This document shows positions 28,801 to 41,989 of a stretch of 64,000 bases of DNA, piece after piece. The stretch is from the human T2T-CHM13v2.0 reference genome, Homo sapiens. The stretch is taken from NCBI RefSeq assembly GCF_009914755.1, contig NC_060933.1; one strand, 5' to 3'. The notes under the pieces are model-generated. The model did not search any database and was not told the DNA's origin. It saw only the letters and a program-made list of their open reading frames with translations. The translations under genes and the position numbers were made by a program. Each line of letters starts with the position of its first letter. Within the stretch, counting starts at the first letter, position 1.

Positions 28801-29145
28801 GCATGTTCTCACTCATAGGTGGGAATTGAAAAATGAGAACACATGGACACAGGAAGGGGAACATCACACTCTGGGGACTGTTGTGGGGTGGGGAGGGGGG
28901 AGGGATAGCATTAGGAGATGTACCTAATGCTAAATGACGAGTTAATGGGTGCAGCACACCAATATGGCACATGTATTCATATGTAACAAACCTGCACATT
29001 GTGCACATGTACCCTAAAACTTAAAGTATAATAATAATAAAATTTAAAAAAGTTATATTTACACCGCACTGTAGTCTATTAAGTATGTAATAGGATTATA
29101 CCTAAAAATAATGTACATATCTTATTTTAAAAGTACTTTACCTCT

Positions 29146-29420
29146 GGCTAGGTGTGGTGGCTAACACCTGTAATCCTAGCACTTTGGGAGGCCAAGGTGA
29201 GCAGATTGCTTGAGCTCTGGATTTCAAGACCAGCCTGGGCAACATGGTGAGACCCTGCCTCCATTAAAAATACAAAAATTACCCAGATGTAGTGGTGTGT
29301 GCCTATAGTCCCAGCTACTTGAGTGGCTGAGGCAAGAGAATCACTTGAATCTGGGAGGTGGAGGTTGCAGTGAGTCGAGATCATCCCACTTCACTCCAGC
29401 CAGGGTGAAAACAAACAAAA
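29146..29420 (+). mobile_element. Old AluS/J lacking its last ~20 nt
   Basis: Dimeric Alu ending cagggtgaaaacaaacaaaa; nested in Tigger1. Confidence 0.9.
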
Positions 29421-29878
29421 ACTCTATTGCTTAAAAAAAATGCTAACAATCATCTGAGTCTTCAGTAAGTTGTTATCATTTTGCTGGTGGAAGGTCATGA
29501 CTTGATGTTGATCGCTGCTGACTGATCAGGGTGTGGTTGCTGAAGGTTGGGTGGCTGTGGTAATTTCTTAAAATAAGATAAAAATGATATTTGGTGCATC
29601 TGTTGACTCATAAACTATTTCTCTGTAGCATGTGATGCTGTTTGATAGCATTTGACTCACATTAGAACATCTTCCAAAACAGTAGTCAGTCTTCAAACTC
29701 TGTCATCTGCTTTATCAACTAAATTTATTCAATATTGTAAAATCCATTACTGTCATTTCAACAATATTCATACCACCTTCACCAAGAGTAGATTCAATCT
29801 CAATAAATACATTTATTTGCTCACCTATAAGAAGAAAGTCCATTCATTAAAGTTTTATCAAAAAATTGCAGCAATTCT

Positions 29879-30001
29879 GGCTGGGTGTGGTGGTTCACAC
29901 CTATAATCCCAGCACTTTGGGAGGCCAAGAGGCAGGTGGATCACTTGAGGCCAGGAGTTCGAGACCAGCCTGGACAACATGGTGCAACCCTGCCTCTACT
30001 A

Positions 30002-30042
<41 letters not shown>

Positions 30043-30259
30043 CATATATGTATATGTGTGTATATATACACATATACATATATACACACATATATATACG
30101 CACACACATATATACATATATGTATATATACGTATATATACACACACATACATATACATATATATGTATACACTCACATATATACACACATACATATGTC
30201 TATACACATATACACACACACATATGTGTGTATATATATATCAAGACTTGATATCAAGA

Positions 30260-30304
<45 letters not shown>

Positions 30305-30469
30305 TTATCCAGGCCTGATGGCATGCACCTGTAATTCCAGCTTTCTCAGGCTGAGGCATGAGAATTGCTTGAACCCAGGAAGCAGAGGTCACAGTGAGCA
30401 GAGATCATGCCACTGCACTCCATCCTGGGTGACAAAGTGATATTCTGTCTAAAAAAATTAAATTAAATT
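29879..30469 (+). mobile_element. Old AluS(z)-like element with a ~300-bp microsatellite in its linker
   Basis: Left arm to ctctactaa (30002), right arm from ~30300; TSD aaattgcagcaattc 29863-29877 vs aaattgcagtaattc 30470-30484. Confidence 0.92.
30002..30299. repeat. Compound (TA)n/(TG)n/(CA)n microsatellite
   Basis: Near-continuous purine-pyrimidine alternation; source of the many spurious ORFs here. Confidence 0.97.
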
Positions 30470-30787
30470 AAATTGCAGTAATTCAGTCACATCTTCAGGC
30501 TCCACTTCTAAGGCTAGTTCTCTTGCTATTTCCACCACATCTGCAGTTACCTCCTCCATGGAAATCTTGACCCCTCAAAGTCATCTCTGAGATTTGGAAT
30601 CAATGTCTTCCAAACTCCTGTTAATGTTGATATTTTTACCTCCTTCCATGAATCATGGATGTTCCTAATGGCATTTAGAATGGTGAAACTTATTCAGAAG
30701 ATTTTAAATTTACTTTACCCACATCCATCAATGGAATCACTATTATAGGAGCTATGGCCTTATAAAATGTATTTCTTAAATAACAAG

Positions 30788-31182
30788 ATAATAGATTGGA
30801 CAAGGGAAATGTACATATATGCTATGGAATACTACCATGAAAAGAATGAAAGTATGTCTTTTTCAGCAACATGAATGAGGTTAGATACCATTATCTTAAG
30901 CAAATTAATACAGAAACAGAAAACCCAATATCCCCAATGCCACATGTTCTCACTTATAAGTTGAAGCTAAACTGCATGAACACAAAGATGTGATCAACAG
31001 TCACTGGGGATTCCAGAAGGGGGAAGGGAAGGGGAAAAGTTGAAAAACTGCCTGCCTGGTGGCAGTGCTTGGGAAATGGGATTGTTAGAAGCCCAAATCT
31101 CAGCATCATACAATATCCCCATGTAACAAACCTGCGTATGTACTACCTGAATCTAAAATGTAAAAATAAAATAAAATAAAAA
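30788..31182 (+). mobile_element. L1PA16/L1PB-type 3' end nested in Tigger1
   Basis: atggaatactac...catgttctcacttataag...agaagcccaaatctcagcatcatacaata...gaatctaaaat plus A tail. Confidence 0.88.
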
Positions 31183-32663
31183 AGAAAGTTAAAATTGCTT
31201 CTTGATCCATGGGCTGCAGAATAGATGTTGTGTTATCAGGCATAAAAATAACATTAATCTCCTTTTACATGTTTATCAGAACTCTTGGGTGACTAGGTGG
31301 TTGTTAATGTAATATTTTGAAAGGAAACTGTTTTTCTAAGCAGTAGATATCAATAGTAGCCTTAAAATATTCAGTAAACTATTTTGTAAGCAGATTGCTG
31401 TCATCCAGGATTTGTTGTTTTATGTATCAGGCACAGGAAGGGTAGATTTTGCATAATTTTTAAGGGTCCTATGATTTTTGGAGTGGTAAATCAGCAGTGG
31501 CTTCAACTTAAAGTCACCAGCTGCATTAGCCTCTAACAAGAGAGTCAGCCTGTCATGTGAAGCATTGAAGTCAGGCATTGACATTTCTCTAGCTATGAAA
31601 CCTAGAACAGCATCTTCTTATAATAGAAAGGCTGTTTTGTCCACATTGAAAAACTATTGTTTAACATAACCACCTCCATTAATGATCTTAGGCCTTCCAT
31701 GTGACTTACTGCTTCACATTGCACTTTTATGTGATGGAGATGGCTTCCTTTGCTTCAACTTTGTGAACCCAATCTCTGATAACTTCAGATTTTTCTTCTG
31801 CAGCTTCCTCTCAGACTCCATAGAATTGAAGAGAGTTAGGACACTGGTCTGCATTAGGCTTTGGCTTAAGGGAATGTTGTAGCTGGTTTGATCTTCTACC
31901 CAGACCATCAAAATTTTCTCCACGTTAGCAATAAGGCTATTTAACTCTTTTACCATTTGTGTGTTCACTGGTACTTTTAACTTTCAACTCCTTCAATAAC
32001 TTTTGCTTTCTATTCACAATTTGGTTAACCATTTGGACGAGAGGCATGGCTTTTAGCCTGGCTCAGCTTTCTACATCCCTTCTGAGCTGAGCTGCATTAT
32101 TTTTAGTTCTTGATTTAAAAGTGAGAGACATGCGACTCTTCCTTCCACTTGAACACTTAGATAACATTTTAAGGTTATTAATTGGCCTAATTTTAATGTT
32201 GTTGCACCTTATAAGATAGGGAGGCCTGAGGAGAGAAAGAGAGATGGAGGAATGGCTGCTTAGTGGATCAGTCAGAACACACATATGTATCAATTAATTT
32301 CACTATGTTATATAGCCGTGGTTCATGACACCCTGAAACAATTACAATAGTAACATCAAAGATCATTAATCATAGATCACCATAACAATCTAATAATAAG
32401 AAAAATATTTGAAATATTGTGAAAATTACTAAAATGTCACACAGAGACACAAAGTGAGCACATGCTATTGGAAAAATGGAGCTGATAGAATTGCTTGATG
32501 CAGGGTTGCTACAATCTTTTACAGTTGTAAAATTTGTAATATATGCCAAGTGCATTAAAACAAACTCAATAATATAAAGTACACCTATAAACTTAGGGAA
32601 GGACTTTCAACTTTCACAGGCCAATTTGGAGGCTTAAAGCAATTTTATCAGTTTCATGTATGT

Positions 32664-32827
32664 GGGTTTTGATCATAATCCCCAAAGACAAAACCCTAAA
32701 TGCCATAATCCCAAATACTGAAATCCTGACACATCAAAATCCCTAATGTTTAACATGCCGAAAATCACAATCACAGGATAGTTGCATTATGTTAGATGGA
32801 AGTATTACCTCGTTATTGTCTTTATTT
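32664..32827 (+). mobile_element. Ricksha (MULE/MuDR) terminal fragment
   Basis: gggttttgatcataatcccaaagac...aatccc subrepeats...aatcacaatcacaggatagttgcattatgttag, recalled from the Ricksha terminus. Confidence 0.75.
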
Positions 32828-34182
32828 ACATTTGGTGGAAAATTCAAATAACTGATGTGATATGGCAATGATGAAGACATGTGGCTTTATTCTAGAGGTG
32901 AAAATAGAACCTAAATCACTAGGCTTGATATCCAGTGGGAGGTACACATGAACACAAACTAAAAGTCCAAACAACATACAGCTCACAGGGACCCAAAAAC
33001 AAAAATGGCTTAAGATCATTTCTTTGTAAAGAAACTCACTAGAAGGTGTAAGAACGCTCCTGTAATTTTATTTAGGTGGGTCAGTTCTGTAAGATAAGAA
33101 TTCCTGTTCTCATTTTGTTAAAAAGGAAGCCAAAGGTAAGATAAGAAATTGATTTGACCAAGAAAACAGAAATAATAAATGCAAACTAAGAAATTGAAAC
33201 CCAGTTTCTCTTGCATTAAAAATAAAGACTACACATCTGATAAACAATGCGTTCCTTTTCAAAGTGTGTTATATATTACACAAGCTGCTCTTAAGGTTGT
33301 AAAAATAGGGTCATTTTGTGCATAATGAAAAGAATTCCTCTGGCTCTCACTCCTACCCACTGTTGTGCAATCCCCAGTCCTTCATGGAGTCTTGTCCAGG
33401 TACTTCTGGAAGTTGTCCAGGAAAAGTGTACTATGCTCTCCTGACCAGCCTTCTCTGCCCTCAGTTAGAAACTAGCTGGGCAAACTGAAAAAGAAAAGAA
33501 TAAACAACAGCAAAAAACCTAGAGACAATGAAAGGCAGCCTTAATGGGACAGGATGTGAATACAATGAAAATCAGACCCGTGGATAGGCAAGGAGCTGAA
33601 GGTCAAAGGTGGAGGACCCAGCTTAGGAAATATATCGTGAAACCCACTTGTGGTAAGTTTTGCAGCCAAGCATCCTCTACTGGATCAGAGCAGACACTAT
33701 AACAATGACCATATAGCTATAATTTGCCAACTGTTGTCCAAATCTAGCCCTTGAGATTTTTTTCAGCTGAAATAAAAATAACAGCAGTTTCCCTTCCTTA
33801 TTTTCCTTTTCTTCTTCCGTTCCATTTCCTGTTCATAGGCATCGGCATGTCCTGCTGCCAAGGAAAATGGATGGAGGTGGGAGTGAGGGCATCAGTATAC
33901 CTGGCTGCCCAGAGGTGCTGATTCATATGGGCAGTGAGGAGAATATACGCATGTAGTGGTGTGGCCAGGGGCCAAGGAGGCAGAAGCAGGGAAGAAGATG
34001 AAGCCAGTGTGGTTGGGAGATTGCTTACATTAAGCAAATAAGTCAGATGATTGAGCAAATGAGTAAATATTTTAAGAATAATGAGAGCCGGTTTTCTTAC
34101 TACTAGTAAAATAATTTACAAATATAAAAAGGAAGACATCTAGAAGAACACGAAGGTATTTCATTTGCAATTAGAGATTTTT

Positions 34183-34610
34183 ACAGTTTTTTATTGCTAT
34201 ATGATAAACCATCTCAAAATTTAGTTGTGCAAAACAACTTTTTCTGTTTGCATATCCTGTGGGTCAGGGATCCGGGGGAGCACAGGGGGCACAGACAGCC
34301 TGCTCCATGACATCTGGGGCCTCAGCTGGAAAGACTTCCATGATTCGGCAGACCCAACTGCAGGGGACTGGAATCATCCAGAGTCCTTAGGGCAGTTGAA
34401 TTTTTTTGATGCTAGCTCCATATACTTGTGCATTCTAGTGAACAAAGTGAAAGCTGCATGCCTTTGCTAACTGAGTCTCAGTAAACATGTGGCATCATTT
34501 CTCCCATCTCTATTGGTTATACATGAGTCACAAGTTTGTCTAGGTTCAAGGAAAAATGACATCAAGTCACCCATCAATGAGAAGAGTGAAAACAAATTTG
34601 TGGGCAGCCA
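34183..34610 (-). mobile_element. MLT1H/G-like MaLR LTR
   Basis: tattgct...aaccatctcaaaatttagt...tgtgggtcaggga...tgctccatgacatctggggcctcagctggaaagac...ctattggtt...gagtcacaa. Confidence 0.75.
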
Positions 34611-34649
34611 AAGGGATTGTCATGAATTTTATGTTTATTAGGTACATTT

Positions 34650-34805
34650 GTATATACATAAATATAAGAATTTTGTGTATGTATACATGGATATACACAT
34701 GCACACACATATATATGTGTACACACAATTTTGTATATGTATATATGGATATACACATGCACACACACATATATATGTGCGTACACACACACACACATAC
34801 ACATA
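34650..34805. repeat. TA/CA-rich low-complexity block with a ~58-bp two-copy tandem repeat
   Basis: aattttgt...tggatatacacatgcacacac...atatatatgtg at 34669-34726 and again from 34727. Confidence 0.9.
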
Positions 34806-35616
34806 TTTTTTCTACCTCTGTCCATTGGGAAGTCCTTAAGCCATGACAGAGAAGTGGCAATGAGCACGCTGAATAGTCAAACAAACTTAGCTTCTAAATA
34901 CCTTCTTCTACTAAAAGGAATGACAGGCCCTTGGATTAATGGCTGAATCCAGGACTGAAATTGTATGAGAGGTGCACAGAATATCTTGTTTTGCTAGAAA
35001 ATAAAGAAATGCTCAAAGAATACTGAAACATGTCAAAAGAATTTCAGAGCCAGTTCAAAAGGTTCCTAATCACCACAGATGGGAAGATTTGAGCATCAAA
35101 TCAGAAAGTGGTAGTAACATATATTGACCCATTAAATTAATTAAAATCCATGAGTCCATAGTAAAATAAATAAATAAGCCATTAATCATATCAATGAATG
35201 GGGTAAAAGAGAAATTTCTTCCCTGTATTGAGATGACAACTAAAAAATATAGAAGGAAATATAGAATGGAAATAGAAAAAAACGCCACTTGGCAAGCATC
35301 ATAGTTGTGGTTGATTTAGGCAGAAGTCATGATGGCTGTTAGGAAAGTGGGTGGAGTTCTGACAAAAGTAAGACACTAAGGTAATATCTGAGTATCCACC
35401 CACCCCTGCAAACTACTCATCAGTTATAAAGAAGAAATGATTACTGTATTGTGGAGAAATCTGATCAAGAACAATATGACCAGGTGATAAAGTCTGACAT
35501 GACCACAAGAAGGATGAGTCAACAGCATGCATTTCCTGATGGAACTCGTTGAAAAAAGCACAGTGTCACTTCTGTGGTACCCCTCTCAGAACATATAGGA
35601 CTCTGTAGAACTATAA

Positions 35617-36040
35617 AGACTATATACTATATGATCCAATTATATGACATTCTGGAAAATTCAAAACTATGGGGATAGTAAAAAAATGAGGGGTTGTCAG
35701 AGGCTGGGGGAAGAGAGGGATAAATAGGCAGAGCACAGAGAATTGTTAGGGCAATAAAGCTATTCTGTATGATACTATAATGGTGAATACATATTATTAC
35801 TTATTAGTCCAAACCCATAGAATGTTCAATACCAAGAGTAAACCTAATGTAAACTATAAATTTTGAGAGATCATGATGTGTCAATGTAAGCTCATCAGTT
35901 ACAATAACTACCACTGATGCCAGTTACTGATAGTGGGGAATACTGTGCATGATGAGGGGGCAGGAGGAATATGGAAACTCTGTACTCTCCACTCAATTTT
36001 GTCATGAACCTAAAACTGCTTTAAAAAATACAATTTATTT
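35617..36040 (+). mobile_element. L1MC1/2-type 3' end
   Basis: tatatgacattctggaaaa...ggcagagcacagag...tccaaacccatagaatg...gaacctaaaactgct. Confidence 0.85.
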
Positions 36041-36537
36041 AAGACTTTTTTTTTAAAAAAAAAAAGAAGGCAAGGACTGTGTCAGGCCAACTTTAGAAAT
36101 ACTCTGGTAGAGGTTTGGTCTACAAAATGAATGGATTATACTCTTAAAAACTATCAAGAACATGAAGGCCAAAGAATGGCTAAGGTGCTGTTTCAGGCTG
36201 AAGGAGATTGATAAAATCGAACAGCTAAAAGCAACACGCATTCCTGAATAATATGCTTGGCCAGAACCGCCAGTGGGACACTGTTAGGATGGCTGGTGAA
36301 ATTTGAATGGGGCATGTGGATTGGATGCTTGTACTGTATCAAGGTTGATTTTCTGATTTGGAGGCTTATACAGTGGTGATGGAAGAGAATGCCCTTGCCT
36401 GGGGTAAATACACAGTGGGGAATTGAGGAGTCATGGAGGCATATCTGCTGTTGATCTCAATGGTTTGGAAAAAGATTAATGACAATTGGGAGGTGGCAGA
36501 GAAGAGCAGAGAAGAGAGTAAATGTGGGGAATCCATA

Positions 36538-37106
36538 TGTTATGGGTTGAATTATTGTCCCTAAATTAATATGTTGATGAACCTAACTTCCAGTAACTCA
36601 GAATGTAACTCGGAGAGGTTCTTTAGAGTGGTAATCGAGTTAATGTGAGGCCATTGGAGGGGACCCTGATGGAATATGGCTGGTGTCCTCAAGAGAAGGG
36701 GAAATTTAGTCCTTTCCTCTTTCAAATTTGTAGATTATTTGGGCCAGGAAGACAAAATAAGATGAAACAAAAGAAGCAATTATTTCTTTATGGCTGTCCT
36801 GGCATATGTGATCTTTAAAGTTTGAGATTTAAAGATATTGGTTTTAAAAAAAAGTAAGAGGAAATTTGGACACAGAGACATGAACAGAGAAAAGATGATG
36901 GGAAGATACACAGAGAGAAGATAGCCATTTCCAAGCCAAGAATAGAGGCCTGAAACAGGTCCTTCCCTCACAGTCCTCAGAAGGAATCAAGTTGGCCCAT
37001 GCCTTGCTTTCAGACTTTGGACTAGATTTCCATCTCTCCAGAACTGTGAGACAGAAGTTATCTAGTTTTTGGTATTTTGTTACAGTAGCCCTAGCAAACT
37101 AAGACA
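36538..37106 (+). mobile_element. MLT1B-like solo LTR carrying a foreign insert
   Basis: tgttatgggttgaatt...ctcagaatgt...ggacacagagac...caagccaag...ccagaactgtgagaca...gccctagcaaactaagaca. Confidence 0.88.
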
Positions 37107-37185
37107 CTACATAAGACAAATGCAGAAGTTCTTCATATTGTTCTTACAACTTTTCTGTAAGCTTAAAATCAGTGGAAAATGCAAT

Positions 37186-37402
37186 ATAATTAATAACGAT
37201 GTATTGTATACTTGAAAATTGCTAAAAGGGTAGATTTTAAGTGTTCTCACTGCAAAAAAATAAAGATAAGTATGTGAGACAAAGCATATGTTAAATAGCT
37301 TTATTTAGCCATTCCACAATATGTGTGTATATATGTTATATATCTCAAAATATTATTTTGTACACCATAAATATGTACAATTTTACTTGTCAATTTAAAA
37401 AG
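37186..37402 (+). mobile_element. L1MA-type 3' end
   Basis: tgtattgtatacttgaaaattgctaaaagggtagattttaagtgttctcac...tttagccattccacaat...tacttgtcaatt. Confidence 0.88.
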
Positions 37403-37750
37403 TGATAAACTATAATTTTGTATGCAACAATCTATTAATATTTTCATACGTGCCATCTCCTTTGATCTTAGGTACACCATAATGAGGTAGGTGAGATGGG
37501 CATTATGATTTGATCCATCTCACAGTACAATAGTCTCGGAATGGGTTGCAAATGGGTCATCACAGTTCACACTGATAAAGAAAAACAGATCTTAAAGAGG
37601 TGATTTCTGAGCCTGTAGTTGCCAGTGAGGGAAGCCAGTAGTTCACACATGTTAACATTTTAATAAAGTTATCAAAGAGAGAAAAGCAAAAGAGAGACTC
37701 TTTTAGAGTTTAGCTTTACAAATTTCCCTGAGCCCTATTTCCTTAAAGAA

Positions 37751-38088
<338 letters not shown>

Positions 38089-38429
38089 CTAGAGGAAAGA
38101 AAGGGAAGAGGAGAGAGGAGGCAGAGAGAATTGGGATGCAGATAGAAGTGGATGGAGGCAGAGAGAGGAGCAGTGGTGACCACTGTCTGGTTTTGGTGCC
38201 CACCTGAAAGGTAATAGGCAGGCAGATGGGAGAGAGGCAAAGGAAGTCATCCTCTGCTCTCCTCCCAGGCAGGCATACTCTCTTGTTCCTCTGTCCTTTG
38301 ACTTGTTCATAACATCTCAGCAACGTCACTTACCACATGGGATTGTCATTCAAGACTATTTGCTTCTCTACTAGAGCCTGAGATTTTCCAGACTCTTTTG
38401 CTTATTAGTTATGGAAACTTGGGTAAGGA

Positions 38430-39008
38430 TGGCAAAAATGATACCTTCAAAATACAGTCATACAAATTCATTGTTTTCCTTAAGACCTGCTGGTGGCTAT
38501 CAGTCTCATTCAGAGTTAAGCCCCAAATCATTCCCCAGACCCACATGGTCCTTCATGACCTGTCTACCTGTTACCTTCCTATCCCAGATCAGCTCACTCC
38601 AGCCTCCTGGCATTCCTTAAGAGCTCTCAGACTCACTGAGGTGAGCTCTAGGATTTGGGCTGTTTCTTTGCCTCCAGCATGCTTCCTTCCGATGTTCGTA
38701 AGGTTGACCTTACCTCCTGTGGTCTTTACCGAAATGTCACCTTCACAGGCAACCCTTTCTAAAATTTAAATACCCCCCACTTCCACATTTCCTACTCAAT
38801 TATTTTCTTTAGAACTCATTACTATGTAAAATAGTATAGTTTTTACTACCCTGTAAAAAGAATTTATACAATTCTTGTATAAATTGCCTATCTTCCTCAC
38901 TGGAGTATGTTTCACAGGCCAGATTTTTTTTTAATTTACTGCTGTATTTTTACCACATAGAATGGTACTTGGCATATACTAGGTGCTCAATCATTATTCA
39001 TTGAGTGG
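38430..39008 (+). mobile_element. L2 3' region
   Basis: ctcattcagagttaagccccaaat...ccttcatgacctg...aaatgtcaccttc...ggcatatactaggtgctcaat. Confidence 0.75.
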
Positions 39009-39052
39009 CTGATAGGAGTTATTTGACCATCTTGTGCCTCAGTTACATTATC

Positions 39053-39915
39053 AAAAATTATAAATATCAAATGCTGGTGAGGATATAAAGAAATTGATTA
39101 CTCACACATTGCTGGTAAAATATGACACGGCACAACCACTCTGGAAAACAGTTTAGAATTTTCTTATTAAACTAAACATGTGATTGCCATATGATTCAGC
39201 AATTGCACTTTGGACATTTATCTCTAAGAATGAAAACTTACGTTCTTGTGAAAAGTTGTATATGAATGTTCATAACAGCTTTATTTGCAATAGCTGAAAA
39301 CTAAAAACAACTCAGGTGCCTTTTAGGGGGGTAATGGTTAAACATACTGTGGTACATCCATACTGTGGAATATTACTCAGTAATAAAAAGAAATACACTA
39401 TTGATACAGCTTGAATGAATCTCAAAGTAAAAAGAGCTAACCTCTGAAGGCTATGTACTGTATGATTCAATTTACATAAAATTCTCAAAATGACAAAATT
39501 AAAGACATGAAGAACAGGTTAGTGGTTGCAAGTAATTAGGGATGAGGATGGTGGTAGAGAAAGAAATGTGGATGCATTTATTAAAGGACAATATAGAGAA
39601 ATAAAATTTTAAAAAGGACAATATAAGGGATCCTTGTGGTCATATGAAACTTCTGTTTCTTGGTAGTGGTGGATACATACATTACACATGGGATAAAATC
39701 ACATGGAAATAAATACACACAGCACACATACACATGAGTACATCTAAAACTTTGAAAATTTGAACATGTAGGTGGATTGCATTAATGTCGATTTCCTCTT
39801 TGTGATATTGCAAGATATTATCATTGAGGGAAACTAGGTAAAGGGTACACAGGATCTCCCTGTATTATTTCTTACTAGTATATGTAAGTCTACAGCTATG
39901 AAATAAAAGTTTGAT
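39053..39915 (+). mobile_element. L1MD-type ORF2 end and 3'UTR
   Basis: caaatgctggtgaggat...ccactctggaaaacagttt...gttagtggttgc...agggatccttgtggt...aagggtacacaggatctc. Confidence 0.85.
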
Positions 39916-40359
39916 TAGAATGATAGTTTTTTATTTAATTCTGAAAATATGCAAAGAGTACTTAACATGCGCATGGCCTTTTCACAGCAGTTGTAAATAT
40001 TAAATGAATATACCTATATATGTAAACATTAAATTGATGTATAACTATACATACATATTTCATATGTATGTACATATTATTTTATAAATATTATATTTAT
40101 ATGTATTAAGTAGATATATAGACACACAGGAGTATATGTGTGTATGTAAAGCACTTGGAATGCTGCTCAGCAATATAGGAAACATTCAATACATTTTAGC
40201 TATTTTTATTTCAATCTTCCAGGGCGCAGCCTGTGTTCAGTTAATCTCTGATTCCCAGTATGCATGTTGTTTCTGATGTGCATTGCAAGTGTCAGTCAAT
40301 GTGAGCTGAATAAATAACATTGCTAATTCCTTGCACCAACCTTCAAAGTCAGTAAGAGT

Positions 40360-40565
40360 GGTGCTCAGTGTAAAGATCCAGAGTTATCTAGAACCATAGA
40401 CGGGAAGAAAATAGGTCAACCTAAACTGCATTTCTCAGCTTTGCCACTAATGTTATAAAGCTTTCAAAAGTCCCTTTTCTTCACTGGTTCTCAGTTTCCC
40501 CATTAGTAGGAGGAAGAAATGGAATGGCATTATTTGTAAGGGTCCTTTCCAACCTTTAAATACAC
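40360..40565 (+). mobile_element. MIR/MIR3 fragment
   Basis: ctcagctttgccactaa...ctcagtttccccatt...taagggtcctttccaac. Confidence 0.6.
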
Positions 40566-41380
40566 ATGTTTCTATAGTTTACAAACACAGAGAATTATCT
40601 TCCTAAAACCTGAGCATGTGGCTGGGAGTGCAAAAGTAATAAATATTGACTGCAAAATTCTGGCTTCTAGTTCCATTTGGGTCAAGTTGATTGTTCTGTT
40701 TTTGGGCCCCACTAAAGCATGGTTTTTAGCAGCTGGTTTCTACCTTTATAGTTATTTGAAGTAGACAGTGAGCAAAATATCTGTACATGATAGCAAGCCA
40801 AGGTTTTGAAATTCTTTAAGGGGTAAGAAATTGTAGAAATTTAAGCTATAATTATAGTATTATCACTACCATTGCATCATTATCATCCAAAGCCAAGGGG
40901 TGTTACCTTACTAAATTTAAAGACAATAAAGGCATGTTGTAATTTATGAAAGCATAAAACAGGCCTTTGAAAAATAGCAGCTTGATTATTTTAGCTAATA
41001 TTTGTAATACAGCCTAATATATTCATGCAGTGTTTTTGAGAGGACCCCTGGGTAATTTTCCATGCCAAAGGTTAGCCAATAGCTGACAGATGTCCTTACT
41101 CAAGAAGACTGGATTTTACACTGCTTGAACATTATATAGAGTCAATTCTTGCCTGGCCTCTTGCTTTATGTTAGTGTATCTGGAATGTACAGCCACTTCA
41201 CAGTTAAAATAGTTTTATATTTTTTAACTAGCTATGGATTCCTTGGATATTAAATTGAGTGCTTATTGAACACCTTGCTTGAAATAATTACAATGCAATA
41301 TGCAAAGTTCTCTATTAATATTAATTTGTTGAGGAACTACCAAGAAACCTCATTTTACTTAGCTAACTCACCTAATTTAG

Positions 41381-41842
<462 letters not shown>

Positions 41843-41989
41843 CAAAACCCAGTTTTCTTACTCTCCAAATCCTGAGCATATCCAACGTGGTAGGCTGCTT
41901 CAATCAAAATTTTGAAAATTTTTTTAAAAAGTAAGAAATATGTGGATGACAGCACCTAAATTACAACGACAGAATAAATAGAAATTAAC

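Larger units (their letters stand above)
33975..37180 (+). mobile_element. L1MC3/4-type 3' region, interrupted by MLT1H-like, L1MC1-like and MLT1B elements
   Basis: gtaaatattttaagaataatgagagcc; gaaatgctcaaagaa; atttgagcatcaaa; atccatgagtccata; gtcacttctgtggta; caagaacatgaaggccaaagaa. Confidence 0.8.

Noticed and set aside
29866-30392. Stack of His/Tyr/Ile/Cys/Val-rich ORFs (also at 34556-34946 and 45054-45306)
   Set aside because: Artefacts of stop-free dinucleotide repeats
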